NCBI GenBank assembly: GCA_036336885.1
Contig: JAYZFG010000015.1
Location: forward strand, 142,126 to 206,125
Reading direction: 5' to 3'
Length of the DNA: 64,000 bases
Source: Pseudomonadota bacterium
GTDB taxonomy: Bacteria > Pseudomonadota > Alphaproteobacteria > MPNO01 > UBA2964
Both the position numbers and the translations under genes were made by a program. This document shows, piece after piece, positions 45,994 to 55,256 of the stretch (within the stretch, counting starts at the first letter, position 1; each line of letters opens with the position of its first letter). Below the pieces are notes generated by a model, which was given only the letters and a program-made list of their open reading frames with translations, was not told the DNA's origin and ran no database searches.

Positions 45994-47578
45994 CCTCTGC
46001 AACAGCTGCACCGTCACAGCGAGGATCTGATGCACCTTCAACAAGTTGAGTCTTGTGCCGGACAATAGCGCCAGCATGTCCCATCATTTCTTCAAAACTT
46101 CCCACTACTTCTATATCGTGACCCAAGTCACGCAAGTTTCCAATCATTGGTTCCGCAAATCGATTTTCGATCCGCAGTTTAGCCGTGTTCTCCCCCCAGG
46201 TTCTCCCCAATAACCAGCGCGGAGCCGCTATTGCATCTCCTAATTTCTGCCCAAATTGAACATAACGTGTAAAAAACTCTGCTTGAGTTTGCGGCTGCCC
46301 TTCGCCTCCCATAGTGCCATAAACCATATATCGGCCATCATTTAATTTTGCCATTGCGGGATGAATTGTGTGAAATGGCCGGCGATATGGTATTAACGAA
46401 TTGTTTTGTTGACTATTTAAACTGAAACTTGTTCCACGATTTTGCCACACCACCCCGGTACCAGGGAGCACAACACCAGACCCAAACTCCCAATAAATAC
46501 TTTGAATTAAACTAACCGCGCATCCCTCACTGTCTACGGCACCAAGCCAAACAGTGTCGCCCGGGGGGCCAGATGCCGGCCAAGATAATGCATTTTTAGG
46601 ATCAATGTGCCGAGCAATTTCATCCAGAGTGTCGCCTAATAGGTAATCCGCAGGGTTAATACTCATATACTGGGGGTCACCAACGTATTGATCCCGCACT
46701 TTAAAAGCCTGTTTAGTGGCCTCAACAATGGTGTGAACATACTCTAAACTTTCTGCCTCCATGATCGGCACTCGATCGATCAATCCCAGGATTATCAATG
46801 AAGCAAGTCCCTGGGTCGGTGGAGGCGTAGAGTAAACGGTACCACTCTTTAATGTGATGGACAGCGGCTCAACCGTGAGAGCCCTGTGACGACTTAGATC
46901 CTCAGCAAGTATAGGACTGTCAAACTTATTCAGGTCACTCGCTAGCGATTGAGCGATGTCCCCGCGATAAAAATCATCGAGGCCTGCCAAGGTTAAATGT
47001 TCAAAAGTGTTTGCGAGAGCCGAAAATTTTAATTTTTGTCCTACACCCGGAACGATACCATTGTTTAAGAATGTATCCGAGAACCCGGGAATATTGCAAA
47101 GTTCATCTGACTTTTCATCTAAATTCCGGTGCAGCGTTTCGGAAACTGGCACCCCCTCTCGAGCATGATGAATTGCATCCTCAAATAAACGTGAAAGTGG
47201 CAAAATACCGCCGCGGCGCTTACTTTCTTTCAACGCCATCTGCCAGCCCGACACAGCTCCAGCCACGGTGAGCGCAGCCAGCGGCCCGCGGGATGGAATA
47301 CTGTCGAATCCTCGTTCACGGTAAAAATTTATACTTGCCTGGCCGGCAGCCGGACCACCGGCATCAATAGAAATTGGCTTGCCGCCGTTACCTATTAGAA
47401 TAAAATTGTCACCGCCAAGCGCATTCATATGAGGGTAAACAACTGTAATTGCAGCGGCAGCGGCAATCATAGCTTCAATAGCATTCCCTCCCTCCCTTAG
47501 GATTCGCGCCCCGGCTTCCGCAGCCAGGTAATGCGGAGCTACAATCATGCCGCCAGACTTTGTGCAAGCATATTTCAT
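45986..47578 (-). CDS. Gamma-glutamyltransferase-family Ntn hydrolase without a signal peptide, a candidate oxamate amidohydrolase (HpxW-like)
   Basis: About 530 aa. The N-terminal …MIVAPHYLAAEAGARILREGGNAIEAMIAAAAA… fold signature is present. It appears cytoplasmic (no signal peptide seen). ATG 47578 is preferred over the TTG at 47593. Context is the urate/oxalurate genes. Confidence 0.65.
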   Translation of the reverse strand: MKYACTKSGGMIVAPHYLAAEAGARILREGGNAIEAMIAAAAAITVVYPHMNALGGDNFILIGNGGKPISIDAGGPAAGQASINFYRERGFDSIPSRGPLAALTVAGAVSGWQMALKESKRRGGILPLSRLFEDAIHHAREGVPVSETLHRNLDEKSDELCNIPGFSDTFLNNGIVPGVGQKLKFSALANTFEHLTLAGLDDFYRGDIAQSLASDLNKFDSPILAEDLSRHRALTVEPLSITLKSGTVYSTPPPTQGLASLIILGLIDRVPIMEAESLEYVHTIVEATKQAFKVRDQYVGDPQYMSINPADYLLGDTLDEIARHIDPKNALSWPASGPPGDTVWLGAVDSEGCAVSLIQSIYWEFGSGVVLPGTGVVWQNRGTSFSLNSQQNNSLIPYRRPFHTIHPAMAKLNDGRYMVYGTMGGEGQPQTQAEFFTRYVQFGQKLGDAIAAPRWLLGRTWGENTAKLRIENRFAEPMIGNLRDLGHDIEVVGSFEEMMGHAGAIVRHKTQLVEGASDPRCDGAAVAEAI

Positions 47579-47589
47579 TTGGTGATTGA

Positions 47590-48084
47590 TCAACGGTTAT
47601 TTGCAATCGGTTCCACAAAACTCAATTCTGTGTCCCACGGGAAAAATATCCACGTATCCTGACTGACTTCCGTTACAAAGCTATCCACCATTGGTCTACC
47701 TTCAGGCTTCGCATACACTGTGGCAAAATGTGCTTCGGGGAGCATCTCTCTAACAGACTTAGCCGTGCGTCCGGTGTCTACTAAATCATCAATGAGAAGA
47801 ACGCCTTCCCCCGATCCCTCTATGCCTTTGATTATATCCACACCACCTTGGCTTTGATGCTCATATGAGGAAACACACACAGTATCGATCATCCGAATTT
47901 CAAGCTCTCGTGCGATTATGGCTGACGGAACTAGCCCTCCCCTAGTGATAGCGACAACAGATTGCCAGGGCCCCATATCAGCAAGACGCCAGGCGAGAGC
48001 TTTTGCATCGCGATGTAGTTGTTCCCATGAAACTGGGAATGATTTTTGATAACGATCAGTAGTATCTTCCATATTAACTTTCAT
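47590..48084 (-). CDS. gpt: Xanthine-guanine phosphoribosyltransferase
   Basis: 164 aa. …[31 protein letters not shown]…[17 protein letters not shown]…[14 protein letters not shown]…[10 protein letters not shown] aligns nearly position for position with E. coli Gpt. Confidence 0.9.
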   Translation of the reverse strand: MKVNMEDTTDRYQKSFPVSWEQLHRDAKALAWRLADMGPWQSVVAITRGGLVPSAIIARELEIRMIDTVCVSSYEHQSQGGVDIIKGIEGSGEGVLLIDDLVDTGRTAKSVREMLPEAHFATVYAKPEGRPMVDSFVTEVSQDTWIFFPWDTELSFVEPIANNR

Positions 48085-48166
48085 TTTTTGATGTTATTTA
48101 ATTTATTCTCGATAACGGGCTTTCCCCTTTGTCGTTTTTAACTCAAATTTTTTATAATATCTGAAT

Positions 48167-49366
48167 TTATTTTTCTGGCATACCAGCCGCAATCCACTGA
48201 CCGATTGCTAGACGTTCGTCCCTCGTCATCTGGGTGACATTGCCAAGCGGCATCGTGTTGGTCGCGACCGCCGTTTTTTGGATTTGTGACGCATATTTTC
48301 TAATTTCAGATTTCGTCTCCAACTTTATATTCATCGGTGGTTTTTGAATTCCTTGATACGTTGGTTTAGCAGCATGGCAAGCAGTGCAGCGTGTCTTTAC
48401 AATCGCATGCACTTCAGAAAAGGTTACTTTACGAACATGTTCTCTATTTACCCCACCAATGAAGCCGGGCACTGAAACATATCCCGCCAACATTATCATC
48501 GCAGCTATCGCTAAGGGCACAGGCCAAATCGACCCGGACCCAGCATTACGTAAATTGAACCAATGTCTGACTAGAGCCCCGATCACGAACAATGCAATCA
48601 ATATCGCCCAACTATTTTCATGCCCAAAAGTCATAGGGTAATGACTACTAATCATGACGAAGACGACAGGTAATGTAAGATAATTATTATGAACCGATCT
48701 CTGTTTGGCACGGAGCCCATACGATGGATCAGGTTCTTCACCCTTCTTGCGCGCACTCACCACGAGATGCTGGCCAGGAATTATTCTAATCCAAACATTA
48801 AGGACCATAATCAAACCGATAAGGGCGCCTACATGGATGTAAGCTGCCCGGCCTGAAAGCAGCTGGCTTAATCCATAACTGACCCCACAAAGCCCAATAA
48901 ATCCAACTGCAGCAGAAAACTTTGTATATTTATTACCCCACTCTGACATGTATACGCCATCATAGAGAAACCAGCCCATTACCAGTGTCGCAACGCCAAT
49001 CCCTACGGCCTCCATCTTGGTAATATTTGCAACATCCGGGTCGATTAAAAAAGCGGAAGACCCCAAATAATAAACAACTGCCAGAAGCAAAACTCCCGTG
49101 ACGCCCGTCCACCAGGCCTCCCATTTAAACCAATGTAAATGTCTTGGCATAATTTTAGGGGCCACCATGATCTTATCGACCCTATAAAATCCGCCGCTAT
49201 GAACCATCCAAAGCTGTCCTTCTACCTCCTCATCCGGCACGGTCGGTTCTTCAAGGTGAGAATCGAGCCACATGAAATAGAACGACGATCCAATCCAAGC
49301 GATCCCCACAATTATATGGGCCCATCGTAATATCAACGCCAACCAATCAAGAACAATGGCCTCCAT
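48167..49366 (-). CDS. puuD: Membrane-bound urate hydroxylase with a C-terminal cytochrome c domain
   Basis: 399 aa. N-terminal …LRWAHIIVGIAWIGSSFYFMWLD…, multiple TM helices and a C-terminal CTACH heme-c motif. Confidence 0.85.
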   Translation of the reverse strand: MEAIVLDWLALILRWAHIIVGIAWIGSSFYFMWLDSHLEEPTVPDEEVEGQLWMVHSGGFYRVDKIMVAPKIMPRHLHWFKWEAWWTGVTGVLLLAVVYYLGSSAFLIDPDVANITKMEAVGIGVATLVMGWFLYDGVYMSEWGNKYTKFSAAVGFIGLCGVSYGLSQLLSGRAAYIHVGALIGLIMVLNVWIRIIPGQHLVVSARKKGEEPDPSYGLRAKQRSVHNNYLTLPVVFVMISSHYPMTFGHENSWAILIALFVIGALVRHWFNLRNAGSGSIWPVPLAIAAMIMLAGYVSVPGFIGGVNREHVRKVTFSEVHAIVKTRCTACHAAKPTYQGIQKPPMNIKLETKSEIRKYASQIQKTAVATNTMPLGNVTQMTRDERLAIGQWIAAGMPEK

Positions 49367-49371
49367 TAGCG

Positions 49372-49881
49372 TTACTCCGTCACCGTTGTCAGGATCCGTA
49401 ATGTCACTATACGTCCAATATTTTTAATAGCCTCATCTATCTGCATTTCACGACTGTCTTTAAGTCTTTCTGAAAATGCAGCTAATATTGAATCTTTATC
49501 ATGGTCCAAAACTGCAATTATAAATGGAAACCCAAATTTAACCTTATATGCCTCGTTGAGTTCCACGAAGCGCTCATATTCCATATCTGACAACTGGTCT
49601 AATCCTGCGCTCGATTGTTCATTCTGCGAATAGTTGGTCAAATCACCGGCTCTGGCCGCCTTGCCCGCAAGATCGGGATGAGCACGAATCAAAGCAAGCT
49701 TCTCTTTTTCTTCAGCCCCATCCATTGTCGAAATAAGGGCTGTAATGAGCTCTTGGCGAGAACAAAATGGCCGAAATCCGGCGGTACGCTTAACGAGCCA
49801 CGGTGAATTTTCAAATACATCGCCAAGAGCATTGATAAAATCACTCTCTGAGCCACGATTTAATCGCTCGATAGACACCAT
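49372..49881 (-). CDS. uraD: 2-oxo-4-hydroxy-4-carboxy-5-ureidoimidazoline (OHCU) decarboxylase
   Basis: 169 aa. …ALGDVFENSPWLV… and …LIRAHPDLAGK… are characteristic of this family. Confidence 0.85.
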   Translation of the reverse strand: MVSIERLNRGSESDFINALGDVFENSPWLVKRTAGFRPFCSRQELITALISTMDGAEEKEKLALIRAHPDLAGKAARAGDLTNYSQNEQSSAGLDQLSDMEYERFVELNEAYKVKFGFPFIIAVLDHDKDSILAAFSERLKDSREMQIDEAIKNIGRIVTLRILTTVTE

Positions 49882-49915
49882 TTTACTTATCTTACTCTAT
49901 ACCTTTCTATTAATA

Positions 49916-51157
49916 CTACTGGCCAGCAGATCTATATTGGGCCAGCGCAGCGTCAACACCACCACCCTCTGATACAGAAACATTATATTGACGTAATGTT
50001 GCTTCCAGGGCCGCCAGACATGTTAAAATATTGTGCTTTCGACAATTATAGCCCATCGCACCAATCCGCCATATTTTCCCATGTAGTGGGCCAAAAGATG
50101 TACCAATTTCAATTCCAAAATCATTTAGCATATCTGCCCGAGCTGCTTCACCGTCAATATTACTGGGAATATAAACGCCTGTAGCGTTGGGCATCTTATA
50201 TTTCTTATCCCCAAAAACCTTAAGCCCAAGACCTTCCAGGCCGGCAACCATAGCTTGGCTTGCTAATGCATGCCGATTGAAAATATTAGATAAACCCTCT
50301 TTAAGAACAATACGCGCGCATTCCCGTGCGGCGTAAAGCATAGAGGTTGCCTCCGTATGGTGATTCAGACGAATATCAGACCAGTAATCCATCAACATAC
50401 CGAGATCGAAATAGTTAGATGCAACCATTAGGCCTCCAGCCGAAACAAACCCGTCAGGTCTGATGCCTTTTTCGATATGCTTTCTTTTATTAACAAGATC
50501 GGCAACCCTGTCATTAAACGTGATCGGTGCAATACCGGGCGGACCCGCTAGACATTTTTGCAACCCAGCCGAAACGCAGTCTATTTTCCAGTCATCAACA
50601 GGCAAATCCATACCAACCAGGCTCGCCGTTGCATCAACAAAAGATATGGCCTCATAGCGTGCACATATCTCGCCCACTTCCTCCAAGGGTTGCGCGATAG
50701 TCGTTGAGGTGTCGCCCTGACATAAAGCAACAATCTTCGGTCGGACACGTTTCACCGCATCCTCTATTTGTTGTGGATCAAAAGCCTTACCCCATTCCGC
50801 CTCAATAATTTCAACATCGGCAGCACATCTTTGAGCTATTTCAGTAAGAAGATGTCCAAACCTGCCAAATACCGGCACCAATACCTTGTCTCCAGGCTCG
50901 ATTACGGAAACCATAAAGGTTTCAATTGCTGAACGAGCGGTTCCGTCAATTAAAATTGTCCATCTGTTATCGGTTTGGAATACCTGCCTATAGAGAACCA
51001 TTACTTCATTCATATACTCTGTAAATGCTGGATCAAACTGACCTAATAACGGCATCGACATCGCATTTAAAACCCTAGGATCCACGTTAACGGGGCCAGG
51101 ACCCATCATCAGGCGTGGCGGCGGGTTTAACTCTTCAAAAGTTTCGTTAGCGGTCAT
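49916..51157 (-). CDS. Class V aminotransferase (alanine/serine-glyoxylate type), a candidate (S)-ureidoglycine-glyoxylate transaminase (PucG-like)
   Basis: About 413 aa. …LMMGPGPVNV… and the PLP-lysine context SAGLQKCLAGPPG are present. Start moved to ATG 51157, which has GAGGA 5 nt upstream. It sits between uraD and puuE. Confidence 0.7.
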   Translation of the reverse strand: MTANETFEELNPPPRLMMGPGPVNVDPRVLNAMSMPLLGQFDPAFTEYMNEVMVLYRQVFQTDNRWTILIDGTARSAIETFMVSVIEPGDKVLVPVFGRFGHLLTEIAQRCAADVEIIEAEWGKAFDPQQIEDAVKRVRPKIVALCQGDTSTTIAQPLEEVGEICARYEAISFVDATASLVGMDLPVDDWKIDCVSAGLQKCLAGPPGIAPITFNDRVADLVNKRKHIEKGIRPDGFVSAGGLMVASNYFDLGMLMDYWSDIRLNHHTEATSMLYAARECARIVLKEGLSNIFNRHALASQAMVAGLEGLGLKVFGDKKYKMPNATGVYIPSNIDGEAARADMLNDFGIEIGTSFGPLHGKIWRIGAMGYNCRKHNILTCLAALEATLRQYNVSVSEGGGVDAALAQYRSAGQ

Positions 51158-51190
51158 TATCATCCTCAAATAACTATCTAGAACCGAAGA

Positions 51191-52102
51191 TTATGCCGGA
51201 TGTACAGCATGCCAATGGCGTGCAATATCTGAACGACGACAAATCCATACGTCATCGTGTAACGCGACATGGTCTATAAATCTTTGTAACGCCATAAAAC
51301 GGCCGGGTCGACCCACTAGCCTACAATGCAAACCTATCGACATCATTTTAGGAAAATCTGTACCTTCCGCGTAAAGACAATCAAATGTATCACGAAGATA
51401 GGAAAAAAATTGATCGCCAGAATTAAAACCCTGACTGGTCGCAAAACGCATATCATTTGCTTCCAAGGTATAAGGTACAACTAAGTGTGGTTTCTCGTAT
51501 TTCCTGTCCCAATAAGGTAAGTCATCCGCATAACTATCAGCATCATAAAGAAATCCTCCCTCTTCTACTACCAGGTCACGTGTTACTGGGCTGGTGCGAC
51601 CGGTATACCAGCCTTCGGGGCGCGTCCCCGTCAGGGTGGTATGAATTTCCACAGCTTTCAATAAATGGGCACGTTCAATCTCTTTATCAACAAACTGGTA
51701 GTCAATCCAGCGCAAGCCATGACTGGCAATTTCCCAATCTTGTTCGAGCATTGCGGTAACAACTTCCGGGTTTCTTTCCAAGGCCGTAGCCACTCCGAAA
51801 ACAGTCAACGGTAATTTGAGCGAAGAAAAAAGACGATATAAACGCCAGAATCCAGTGCGACTGCCGTACTCATAAATACTTTCCATACTCATGTGCCGTG
51901 CCCCCTGGTGGGGTTCGGCACCAATAATTTCGGAAAGAAATGATTCAGATGACTCATCGCCGTGGAGAATACAATTTTCCCCTCCCTCCTCATAATTGAT
52001 TACAAATTGCACTGCAATTCGAGCACGACCAGGCCATTTTGGATCTAACCCTTGCCGCCCGTATCCAACCAAGTCACGGGGATAGGAATCACTATTTGCC
52101 AT
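51191..52102 (-). CDS. puuE: Allantoinase, polysaccharide-deacetylase type
   Basis: 303 aa. YPRDLVGYGR…WPGRARIAVQFVINYEEGGE matches the PuuE N-terminus. Confidence 0.85.
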   Translation of the reverse strand: MANSDSYPRDLVGYGRQGLDPKWPGRARIAVQFVINYEEGGENCILHGDESSESFLSEIIGAEPHQGARHMSMESIYEYGSRTGFWRLYRLFSSLKLPLTVFGVATALERNPEVVTAMLEQDWEIASHGLRWIDYQFVDKEIERAHLLKAVEIHTTLTGTRPEGWYTGRTSPVTRDLVVEEGGFLYDADSYADDLPYWDRKYEKPHLVVPYTLEANDMRFATSQGFNSGDQFFSYLRDTFDCLYAEGTDFPKMMSIGLHCRLVGRPGRFMALQRFIDHVALHDDVWICRRSDIARHWHAVHPA

Positions 52103-52215
52103 TTACTTATTCCATTCTTTATATAGTTAGATAATCATAGCGAAGCTTGTTGCCGCGGAAAACTTTAAAGGGCAAACAAGGAATTTTATGGAACCAATTT
52201 ACAGGGGATCTGCTT

Positions 52216-52569
52216 ATGCCAGGCCTAACCACCCACATTCTTGATACCGCCAATGGTGTCCCAGCCGCGGGAGTAACGGTTGAGATTGTAAAGGTCACCG
52301 ATGATAGGAGAATTAAATTGAGAACCATTAAAACCAATAGCGATGGTCGCACCGATGCACCAATTCTATCTGGTGACCAATGTGTCCCCGGGGCTTATGA
52401 GATGATTTTCCATATTGGCGATTATTTTCGTAATCGCGAAGAGAATCCGGATCCATCAATTTTTTTAGACAAAGTACCAGTACGCTTTAGTATCGCTTCA
52501 GAAGAAGAGCATTACCACGTGCCTTTGCTTACAAGCCCCTGGGGTTACTCAACCTATCGTGGCAGTTAG
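52216..52569 (+). CDS. uraH: 5-hydroxyisourate hydrolase (transthyretin-like)
   Basis: 117 aa from ATG 52216 (MPGLTTHILDTANGVPAAG…), with the C-terminal YSTYRGS signature that distinguishes HIUases. Confidence 0.88.
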   Translation: MPGLTTHILDTANGVPAAGVTVEIVKVTDDRRIKLRTIKTNSDGRTDAPILSGDQCVPGAYEMIFHIGDYFRNREENPDPSIFLDKVPVRFSIASEEEHYHVPLLTSPWGYSTYRGS

Positions 52570-52583
52570 ATTTAATTATCGAT

Positions 52584-53969
52584 TTAAAGTTTTATCCCTG
52601 CAGAACTTATAATTTCTTGTACTCGACGGCGTTGCTCATCGGAAATAACCAGCCTCTCTGCAAAGTCACGACCAGTGGGCTTAGTCGCGTCTATGCCAAC
52701 TTTTGTTACTGTATGGTTTTTCGGGTCAGATGTTGGATCAAGGATTGCGCCCATTGCCCCATGTATATAGGTGACATCTTGATCGGCACGAGTGCGAGTA
52801 ATCACTGCCCACATGACATCTGAAAGGTCAAATATATCTACATCCTCGTCCACAACGATTACTGATTTTACATAAAACTCTGTCCCGAGGGCAGCCATGA
52901 TTGCTTGCTTTGGCTGCCCTTCAGCAGTCTTCTTCATCTGAATGATCGCCATCAAAGCACCAACAGTACAAAGGGGAACATGAACAGAACTTACATTGGG
53001 TAAGTTGCGTCGTAAGGCATTTAAAATTTCTGCCTCGCGACTGATAGAAGAAACGAGTATATGATCGCCAGCAGTGCCAGAAGCTACACTGTGGAAAATT
53101 GCATCACTACGCATTTGAATTCGCTTGGCCACAAACACATTTTCTGTAGAGCGGTAGGAAGCATAGCCAGTAAACTCACCAAACGGCCCTTCTGGTTCAT
53201 GTGTATCTGCTAGAATTTCACCTTCTATGACTATTTCGGCTCCAAATGGTATGAACAAATCATTCGTCCTGCAGGTCGCAACCTTATAGGGTTCGCCAAA
53301 CAATGCGCCAATAATTTCGTATTTTCTGACATTTGGCGGATAATGGTAAGCCATCGACCCCATATAATGTATAGGATGTATTCCAATCGTAATGGCCGCC
53401 GGAAGAGATTCACCTTTTGCCTCCGCCCGACGATGAAATTCATACATCCTTCTGCGGGAATGCAATGACAAGCCGAGGCGGTCTTTACCTTTTAACATTA
53501 ACCTATGAAACCCTACTGTATCAGTTTCACCATCAGGGTCACGTGCCGTAATTTGCCCTGCAGTGATATACGGCGCCGCGTCAACATCAAAGTGCAGCGG
53601 GATAGGCAATCGGGTCAGATCAACATCGTCACCCTCTAGCACCATATCCTGCCATGGTGCGTCCCCTACCACTTCAACGGGCTGGTAATTTTGACATCTT
53701 TCTCGATAGGCCAATGGCAAATCATCCGGTTTCACACCAACTGCAGCTGCTAATAAACGCCGGTTGCCTGCTGTGTTTGTGACAACTTGATTATTGAAAC
53801 CCTCAACATTTTCAAAAAGCAAAACAGGGCTTTTTCCATGGCGCTCAAATTCAAAAACAGATGACGTAATATCTAGTTCCTGACGGACTGGTTCTGAAAC
53901 ACGAACAAAATCTTCGGGAAACTCTGTTTCCACCATATCTAGAAAACCACGCAAACTTTGATCGGTCAT
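52584..53969 (-). CDS. UbiD-family (prenyl-FMN-dependent) decarboxylase
   Basis: 461 aa. N-terminal LRGFLDMVE…VLLFENVEGF…NRRLLAAAVG pattern and overall length. No UbiX-like gene is in the window. Confidence 0.8.
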   Translation of the reverse strand: MTDQSLRGFLDMVETEFPEDFVRVSEPVRQELDITSSVFEFERHGKSPVLLFENVEGFNNQVVTNTAGNRRLLAAAVGVKPDDLPLAYRERCQNYQPVEVVGDAPWQDMVLEGDDVDLTRLPIPLHFDVDAAPYITAGQITARDPDGETDTVGFHRLMLKGKDRLGLSLHSRRRMYEFHRRAEAKGESLPAAITIGIHPIHYMGSMAYHYPPNVRKYEIIGALFGEPYKVATCRTNDLFIPFGAEIVIEGEILADTHEPEGPFGEFTGYASYRSTENVFVAKRIQMRSDAIFHSVASGTAGDHILVSSISREAEILNALRRNLPNVSSVHVPLCTVGALMAIIQMKKTAEGQPKQAIMAALGTEFYVKSVIVVDEDVDIFDLSDVMWAVITRTRADQDVTYIHGAMGAILDPTSDPKNHTVTKVGIDATKPTGRDFAERLVISDEQRRRVQEIISSAGIKL

Positions 53970-54059
53970 AATAAACTCATCGATTTTTCAAAATTTATTT
54001 CTATGGACATTACCGGAGCCACAAGCAACTGTCATGGTTTTAGAAAAAAGTTTACAGAA

Positions 54060-55256
54060 TTAATTTAGTAACCCCGAAGCCTCTAAAAACGGTTCAATAG
54101 GTGGGCGATAGATTCCGGCACCCAAACCACCATAAACACCATTCTTATCCGCAATTCCCAACTCAAGAATTGGTGTCAAACGGTTCTCCACAATAGCCCG
54201 CACGGATAACCCAACCCTTGCGCAACTCTTTGGCATTCCAGGATGCGTAACCATGAGTAATTTTTCCGGTAGAGTAAAGATATCGTCCGGCGTGAACCCC
54301 TTATGAAGTTCCTGCATGTCGGGACAAAAACTTTGAGCCATGGCACCTAACCCTAGTCCCTCCGTTATAGCGCTGTCGCCAAATGCACCAACACAAGTCT
54401 CAACTGTATGTGGATCACGAATTTTACCTAATGGCGGAGCAGCAGCACAGGTAAACCACCTACCGGGAAATGCCGCAATTTGAAACCCAAATGCATTACC
54501 GTTACCCCCAAATGCTGTAATGATTCCGCTTCCATCGGTACCCACAGCAGAAGATACAATTAGTTTGGACGCTGCCATCCAAAAGTTCAGGTGAAAGAAG
54601 GGCCACTTTTTGATAAACGCATATACCCCCGACTCGGAGAACTCATCACCGAGACAATCCAGTATTATAGACGTTAAAATTTTGTGCGATTCCAGGTGAC
54701 GTAAGTGGCCATCATCGCCTTGAATTAATGCCTCATCAATAATAGGCAACCATTCGACGGGTCTCATAACAGGCACATTTACTATTGCCTCACCCACTTC
54801 ATGATTTAGGTATTTTAGGAAATCGATAGCATCCTGGTTTTTATAACCATAACGCGGCACAGGGTCAGCACCAGTTCCACCTCCATTTAGGGGCGCCCAG
54901 GTACGATGATCCGTATTATTCAGGTCACAAAACTCTGTCAGCTTCATTGAGGATGAAACTACTGCGGCCATCGGAGTGACAACGTTAAGATCCTGAGCTG
55001 CCTGAAAATTTATTTCACCGGCATCTATCATCTCATCGGCTTCCTCAAGTGTAGCCGCCCAACCTTCAAAAACACAGGCGACTGCCGCTGAATTTAAAAT
55101 TGGTTTTACAAGATTATTGATCGAGTTAGCAGGTGGGCCACAGTGAAGTAAAGTCCGATCAACTAGACCAAATGCCTCTTTTGCGGTGGCAACACGTTGC
55201 CAAGCAGGAACTACCGATACCATCTTTTCAATAGCTAAATTATCTGCTGAATTCAT
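54060..55256 (-). CDS. Divergent DUF1116-family protein, paralog of 41395..42645
   Basis: 398 aa. …LLHCGPPANSINNLVKPILNSAAVACVFEGWAATLEEADEMIDAGEINF…VVTPM… aligns by eye with …ILHAGPPISWDRMCGPMQGAIAGITVFEGWAKNLKEAAKLAAEGVITF…AVGPM… of the AllG-like protein. Confidence 0.65.
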   Translation of the reverse strand: MNSADNLAIEKMVSVVPAWQRVATAKEAFGLVDRTLLHCGPPANSINNLVKPILNSAAVACVFEGWAATLEEADEMIDAGEINFQAAQDLNVVTPMAAVVSSSMKLTEFCDLNNTDHRTWAPLNGGGTGADPVPRYGYKNQDAIDFLKYLNHEVGEAIVNVPVMRPVEWLPIIDEALIQGDDGHLRHLESHKILTSIILDCLGDEFSESGVYAFIKKWPFFHLNFWMAASKLIVSSAVGTDGSGIITAFGGNGNAFGFQIAAFPGRWFTCAAAPPLGKIRDPHTVETCVGAFGDSAITEGLGLGAMAQSFCPDMQELHKGFTPDDIFTLPEKLLMVTHPGMPKSCARVGLSVRAIVENRLTPILELGIADKNGVYGGLGAGIYRPPIEPFLEASGLLN

